Positions 56,040-64,000 of a stretch of DNA of 64,000 nt are shown one piece after another; the first letter of the stretch is position 1; the number at the start of each line of letters is the position of its first letter. The notes under the pieces were generated by a model. The model was not told where the DNA came from. It worked only from the letters and a program-made list of their open reading frames with translations, and did not search any database. The DNA comes from the human T2T-CHM13v2.0 reference genome, Homo sapiens, in NCBI RefSeq assembly GCF_009914755.1, contig NC_060936.1, one strand, 5' to 3'. A program made the translations under genes and the position numbers.

Positions 56040-57751
56040 ACTGGAAGTTCTCTCTATGCTCTTATGTTAATTGTCATACTTGAAAGTCTTCAGTAACAAA
56101 GGATGAGATCAAGAATGAAGGATGGGATATTTGTGTTCACTTACAAATACATCTGCACTATCTTTTAAAAACCATTGTAAAATCTTCAGCACATTTTAGA
56201 AAGCATACCGTTTTGCATAAAATTATTATGGCTTTTTGAAAAATATTACAATTATAAAGACTTCATGATAAATTTAATTTCTTCCATTTGATAGCATAAT
56301 GTTTTCTTAAATTATTTAAATAATGAATGATAATTATAGATATAAATTAGAAAAAATAGGGAAACTAATATGTGAAATATCACTGTCGAGTGTATAGGTA
56401 TTAACTCTGGTGTATACTTTCAGAATAAAATATATTCTTTGATCTGTATCTGTTTATTTATCAATATATTATGAAGTTTCTTTCACAAGAGTGAATATAG
56501 ATGAATCTACTTTTTCATTTTATTAATATTAATAAGTTATAGCATAGTTTTCCATTGTTTAGATGTACTGGTTTATTTAACCTTTCTAAATAGATACTTT
56601 GTTTCCAGTTTTGCTTCTAAAAACAATGGTATAATACAAACCATATGCATATAGATATTCTCCACTATATATATTATATAGCCAAAATTCTTTTGAGATA
56701 TTTTTATATTCCTATCCACAGTGAGTTAGAATATTCTCTTTTTGGACATTCAGGCTAAACCAATATATCAAAACCCATTTTAGTTTTTGCTAATGTGTAA
56801 GGCAACCTGTGGTGTATGTCTTTGTTCTTTGTTTTATGATACCTACTTTTGGTAGGGGCTGGTGGAGGCAGTTATTGCAAAACACCCTTATTTATATCTA
56901 GAGGTAATAACAGGGTCAGTGTGAGTTCTCTTGGTTTCTGAGCTTGTGACTTCATGAATAATAAGGGTTATTGTAAGAAGTCTGAGAAGATCTTATAGTT
57001 TTGAAATAGCCCTTGCTTGATAATTCAAAAAGATGAATTCAATCCATCTCTATAAAGAAAAATATACAACCTCATACCCTTATAAGGATGAAAAATGCGG
57101 TATAAACATCAATACCTATTTGAGTGAATTCCCAATTTGTGCGATATGAGAATGAAAAATAGTAAAAACAAAGATGCTGACAAAGAAAGGATTATTGGAG
57201 TCAGAGATAATCCAAAAACTTCATTCTGTCCAATAGCTTATGTGAATCTCTGACACTTAATATTTTCCTCAAACTGTCAACAATAAATTATTTAAAACAA
57301 GTAAAAACTGAAAATAAAATTAAAATTAATTAAATGCTATAAAATAGTTCTCTTTTATAACACCTTAGTTTAAAATACAGTTATTAATGAGCAAAAAAAA
57401 AACCAAAAAAACCCAAAAACAAACAAACAAAAAAAAAACAGGCAGAAAGAGCAGAAAGACCCAAGTTTGGATAAATTGACAATGACTTCCTGAAAAATTA
57501 CATTAGCATTCTTATTCAATTATTTTAGTTACAATGCATCTGAAAAATATTCTGTTTATTGTACTCCAGACATTTCAACGACAAAACCCAGAAAATAGAC
57601 CCAATGAAGTAATACATAATAGGGTTCTTTAAATTGAAAATATATACAGAATAATTTTATTTCTCATATTTTAAATATGACAAACAACATTTAGTATATT
57701 AGAGACTAACTGAAAAGAAGTTATGATTATCCATATTTTTTCTGAAGACTA

Positions 57752-58392
57752 TGTAAAGGTAAAAATGTATAATTTTTTTTTTGCACCCATTTCAAAGTGC
57801 ACAGCTGACATTCCTATAACAAAAGACAGATTAACAAGAGGAAAACATAACAAATTTATTTAATCCAAGTTTTATGCGTCCCAGGAACCTTCAGAATGAA
57901 GACCCAAAGACCTAGGAAAAACTGTATTTTTATGCTTATGTGCAGTAAAGAATTGATGGCTGTGTAGAAATAAGATTGGCTAAAAAGGGTATGATCTAAT
58001 GGTAATGAATTCTGGGGGGAACCCAGCAAGGCCTGTTTGCTCAGATTCTTCTCAGCCTCTCAGCGTAGCATCTCTTTCTTTAGGTATAGGTTAGGACACT
58101 TGTCACATGCGGATCTTCAGGGGAGAAGAAAGAAAATCATAGAGTGACATTTCTAGATTTTATGGCTTGTTTTAGGGGAAAGGAGTTCTCCTTTCTAGGA
58201 TCTTCCTTGGGGAAGAGGAATTCTAGTTCTGTGACCTGCTTTGGAGAAGAAACGGAGAAAGGAAAAAGGAGAACAGGAGAAGGTCACAGAGAACTTCTTG
58301 CTTCTGAGGCCCTTCCAGTCTCCTACAGTTCAAAGCACTTAGCATGGCAAAGTGCCTTCTACCTTGAGGTATCATGGTTCTGCGTACCAACA
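57752..58392 (-). mobile_element. MER34-family ERV1 LTR (MER34C-like)
   Basis: cctataacaaaagacagattaacaagag...cagttcaaagcacttagcatggcaaagtgcc. Confidence 0.7.
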
Positions 58393-58957
58393 CCTCAATA
58401 GATCGTGCATGTGGTTTATGGACTTTTAAAGCCCACATTCAAGAAAAAAGGCAATTATGGATCTGAAATGTCCTGGTATTAAACTGAATTGAATAGTATT
58501 GCCAGAATATAGATAATGTTAAGTCTGTTTTTTTTCTATTTCTGCATCTTTGTCTAGCGATAAGCTCTGTAATTTAAATGCATAACTTGAATTTAATGCT
58601 TTAGAAATATTTGCCACCCCCAAACATATAAATGATTGACAACATTATTCCTAGTGCTTTAACAGAGAGACCACTTTGATGTCACTGTGATGATCCGTTT
58701 TGATCTCATCTGAGCTGTCTGTATCACACGGATTGGGCCTCCTTAGCAGCCTGATTGGTCATTCATAGCCTGGCTATCATGATTTTATTATGTGCTGTGC
58801 ACAATGCCAGATTAATTTCCTCTTGGTCCAGTCTCAATAGGCTGCTACCTAGGCCTGCCACGTCCTTGGCATCCTGGCACTTCCCTTCAGTCTGATCCTC
58901 TTTGCTTTTAGTATCATTCCCTTTGCATTTCTCCTATGTTGAATGCCCTGTCTCCTC

Positions 58958-59002
58958 TTTTTATTTTTTTTGACAGATTCTCTGTCTGTTGCCCAGGCTG
59001 GG
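58958..59002 (-). mobile_element. Short Alu 3'-end fragment within old L1M-like sequence
   Basis: T tail + gacagattctctgtctgttgcccaggctgg. Confidence 0.6.
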
Positions 59003-61627
59003 GGGCCCCATACTTTCTTCTTTTTTATTTTTTTTCCCTTATTTTGTTGGAGCACTTTCTCCCTTAGCTTCCTGAGAAGCAAGTTTTGAGAAATGTATTT
59101 TTTTAACCCCTGCGTGTTTTAAAATTTTTATTCTACCCTCATTTGTGATTGCATTGCATCAGGATAGAAACCTCTAAGTTAGAAATAATTATCTTTTAGA
59201 CTTAAACCTTTATCTTTATACTGTTAAAATCATTATACCATTGTCTTCCAATCTCCATTGTTTTTATTGTGAAGTCCCATACCATTCTGATCCCGACATT
59301 GGATATATTACACCGAGAGATGCAAAAGGAAGAGTTTATATAATCTTTTTGGCTGACTCAAGGAAACACAACTCTTAGTTCCTTTAGATGGTTGTTATTA
59401 CCACTTTGCTTGAGGGTGGATTTGGGCAAACGTCAAGATTTCAGGGCAGAATTTTGTTGCCCTCGTAGCTGGAATTTGTCAACCAAACAAAACACTCTAA
59501 ACCCCTGGAGTTCACAGCTGGACACAGGACCACTTAGGAATTCAGCCCAAGGCATCTTTCCACTTAAAGGAAATAGATCTAGCTGGCTTCTTATATCTGG
59601 CTTATGCAAGAAAGAAGAGAGTCTCTAAAATACTTTTATACAATGATCCTATCTTGGAAAAAATTTAATTTCAATAATGAAAATTTACATGCAATATTTC
59701 TCAAACTAGTCAACATATTATACTAACATTAGTATATTAACTATCGAGCTTTGGATATTAATTAATATATGGATAACAGAAACAACTGTGTTAGCTACAT
59801 TTTGAGTAGGGCCTTCCGTAGAATGCTAGCTGCTCACAGCTCAACTGTACATTCTTGATTAGTATTTTAGCTGATCACCATTGGCTTGGACATTCTCAAT
59901 TAGTACCGGGGTTACAAGCTAAGCTAAGTAACACACGTTGCATAACACACTACAGTTCTTCAATTTTTAAATAAAGTCCATTAAGACTTTGCCACATTTA
60001 TATTCTAAGGAACTGATCCAGGGCTCTTCGGTACTTACTGGCTTGCTTATATTGGTCTATGTTTTCTAAGCATTCTCCATTCCACTAAGTCATCCACTTT
60101 CTAGTTAACAAAAAATTGCTGACATCTGTCTTCTGTTGCCATATATTATCTCATTTTCCACATCCTTCTGGATTTAATATACTTACTGCTTTTTAGCAAG
60201 GTTACAGAAAGAGTAGCGATAAACCTAAATTATTGACGCTGCATCTCTTAACCAACATTCCATTAAGCTTATTTTCCTAAAAGTGAAGACATTGTCTTAT
60301 CAGATTATTTAGGTAACATTGGGTAAACATATATATTTACTGCCAAAATTTCTTATAAAATAAGAAAAAAGCTATGGAATTAATAGTTTTTTTAACATCC
60401 TCTGTATCCTTATCTGGAGAAAGAATTATCTACAAACAAAAGTAATGAATTACCAGAAATAATAACAATCATTAGTTTGACTTGCATTATTTTAGAACTT
60501 TTCCGTTATTTAAAATATAGGTCAGCAGGAAATACAAATTTCATTACAAAATAAGGCATAAATAATAAAAATATCCCAATGAGTCCTTTAATTGTTCTCT
60601 AAATAATGAATATGGATGCTTTAAAATAGAGCTAGTATTGTGATAGTTGATTAAAAGATTGTTTAAGAATGTCTCTGTGCCTGGAAAAGTTAAGAGTGAG
60701 CTTTATGGAGATTGCGTATAAACAAGCTGTGAGAGTTGATCATTGCAAAAAATCCAAGGAAGAAGTGTCCATGCCAATACTGAGATTTGCCTTAACTACC
60801 TGTAAATGACATTTTCTCTTATAGTTTTTTATAAACACATCTTTGTGCTGGAACTAATTCTAAAAGTTGGATTTCAAAATCTAATTTCTTCTGTGTGGCT
60901 ATGTTATAACAATTAGGATTGTTCCTGTTGTTTCTGTCTCAATTTGGTTTACACTGATTAAAAAAATTAAAATCTATTTTTGTCAATTATAATTAAGCTG
61001 CAAAATAAAAGCCACATTGTAAGTTAGATATCCAATAGACTGTACTTTACAATAATACCATAATATTTTTGAAAAAATTGTGAATTTTAGAAAATGAACC
61101 CATATATTATTTTCACAATTGGTATTTTTACTAGGCTTGAACTATTCAATTACTATCACTATTTGAAATATCCTTGTTCAAAACCTCTGCTTTGAAAAAA
61201 AATGCCTTTTAAAAAATCTAAGTAATAACTGCAAATATTAGAAAAACATCCCCTCTTTTTCTAGAAATAATTTTAAGTCAAACAATTAATATTTTCATTT
61301 TCTTTTCGAAGCAGAGACATTAAATGGAATATATAACCTTTCACCAGGCAGTTTTTTGCATCGCAGATAATCAGTGCCTAATCTGTGCCATCATTAGATT
61401 GAAAAAAAGTCCAGAGAAATCCTTTTTTTCTGTAAAATATTTTATGGAATGAAGCAGATGGGAGAAAGGTGTGCAGGAAAATTAGCAACTAGATTTATAC
61501 CATATCCTTTTGGCCTTTGACAATCACCAATATTGATAAACATTTATAAGTTACTAAAAATGATCCTACCATTCTTATTTCACTACAATGTAGATTAGTA
61601 CTGTATGTAGACAAACTCTATTATATC

Positions 61628-61923
61628 TTTTTTTTTTTTTTTGAGACAGAGTCTCGCTCTATTGCCCAGGCTGGTGTGCAGTGGCGTGATCTCGGCTCAC
61701 TGCAAGCTCCGCCTCCCGAGTTCATGACATTCTCCTGCCTCAGGCTCCTGAGTAGCTGGGACTACAGGTGCCCGCCACCAAGCCCAGCTAATTTTTTGTA
61801 TTTTTAGTAGAGACGGGGTTTCACCGCGTTAGCCAGGATGGTTTTGATCTCCTGACCTCGTGATCCGCCCGCCTTGGCCTCCCAAAGCGCTGGGATTACA
61901 GGCATGAGCCACCGTGCTCAGCC
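61628..61923 (-). mobile_element. AluY
   Basis: Y diagnostics (gcaagctccgcctccc, ttagccaggatgg, gacctcgtgatccgcccgcc); TSD tatatct. Confidence 0.95.
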
Positions 61924-62161
61924 TATATCTATTTTTTATTCGATGGAGTTTTCTTTCAGGATATGTTATTTGATTGGTTTATATATAAATATAACAAAGT
62001 CCCACTGTGTAACACATGGGGATTGAGCTTTCTGTAACAATAATTATAAGTTAAATTTACCAATTATTATTTATTGAGTCCATGTTTGCACATTGTTTTA
62101 AAACAACCCTATGGAGCAGGTACTATTATTTTCATATTTTACATTTTCACGTTTTATTGAG

Positions 62162-62539
62162 TGTATTAGTCTATTCTCATACCACTATAAAGAACTACCT
62201 GAGACTGGGTGATTTATGAAGAAAAGAGGTTTGATTGACCCACGGTTCCGCAGGCTGTACAGGAAGCACGGCTGGGAGGCTTTGGGAAACTTAACAATCG
62301 TGGCAAAAAGGTGAAGTGGAAGGAAACACGTCTTCACATGGTGGCAGGAGAGAGAGAGTGAAGGGGGAATTGATACAAACTTTTAAGCAGATCTCATGGG
62401 AACTTACTCACTATCGCAAGAACAGCAATGGGGAAATCTGACCCCATGATCCCATCACCTCTCACCAGGTCCCTCCCCCAACATTAGGAATTACAATTTG
62501 ACATAGATTTGAGTGGAAACACAGAGCCAAACCATATTA
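62162..62539 (-). mobile_element. MSTA-like solo LTR
   Basis: tgtattagtc...gccaaaccatatta; perfect TSD ttgag. Confidence 0.9.
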
Positions 62540-63409
62540 TTGAGATATACAGAAACATAGTATATTCAAACTGTATGTAGAGTACTTAAAATACTCTCCA
62601 TACACTGGGTGAAGAGTAATTTTATATGGACTAAAAATTATTAAATTTTGTGTCTATGCTCCCATTTAATATTTATAAAACTTCTAAGAAGGATACTATT
62701 ATTTCTATTCTAGAAGTAATTGAGACTCAGAGATATTATATTAAGTAAATTAGTAAAGGTCACATAACTAAAATGTAATAGATTCTAGAAACAACTCAGT
62801 TTTCTGACTGCATGTCAACATACATTTTAAAAGTTATGTGACATATTAAATATAATGTTTGTAAAACTATACTTCACGTTTATGCTAACGGGCACATGAA
62901 CATTTATAGTGACTTAAAAATATACAACTTTCCATATTGACTTCTACGTAGAACATTTAAGTCAAAGAGTAAACATTTTATAATAAATAAAACCAGTTTA
63001 TGTCATGTAAAAAGATTTCTTTTTTAGTATCATTCACTCATGGGTAAAATGAGCAAAGATCCACCCTATAACTTTACTCAAATCACTTGGAAAAGGTTTT
63101 TTTTTTATTATTGTCACATGGATGTAAGTTTAAGTTATAGGTGAACTAACAATGATAAAGTGATTAAATCAACATAAAAGCACTGTGCCGTTGACCTCAG
63201 CATTGCAACTAAAACATATGATTAGTTTCAAAATAAATGAGTCTTTATTACTAGCACCATTATACCCAGTGAAGTTCACACAACTTTATCATTAATGTAT
63301 ATATAATTTTTTGTTGCAAATTAATAAAGAGGGTATCTATTAATATTGATAATGTATTACAATAAAAATATATTTATCTTGAATATATTATTTTTTCCGT
63401 TAACATACA

Positions 63410-64000
<591 letters not shown>

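Overview
AT-rich, CpG-poor, repeat-dense primate genomic DNA. AluY, L1PA2/3-type, HERV-H and HML-2 LTR5 content point to human or another ape. I found no host protein-coding gene, RNA gene or CpG island, and the ORFs with recognisable protein similarity are retroelement relics. The first 11 kb is the most informative part. It holds a deleted HERV-H provirus (2920-8356) with a complete 5' LTR7-family LTR and a perfect tRNA-His PBS. It has lost its 3' LTR, yet the 5-bp target-site duplication (TSD) is still present. A ~252-bp inverted repeat (~92% identical by manual alignment; 1880-2131 / 9096-9346) flanks the provirus, and a sense-oriented HERV-K solo LTR5 follows. The remainder is a mosaic of MaLR, ERV1 and ERVL LTRs (including full-length THE1 and MST elements), Alus, L1s, L2/MIR and DNA-transposon fossils. 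It also contains an L1 with a short putative 3' transduction, convergent CTCF-like motifs and one candidate non-coding exon. Repeat family names come from my recall of consensus sequences, not a database search, so subfamily calls and the boundaries of old elements are approximate. I cannot demonstrate a new biological system here; the best leads are structural and regulatory hypotheses.
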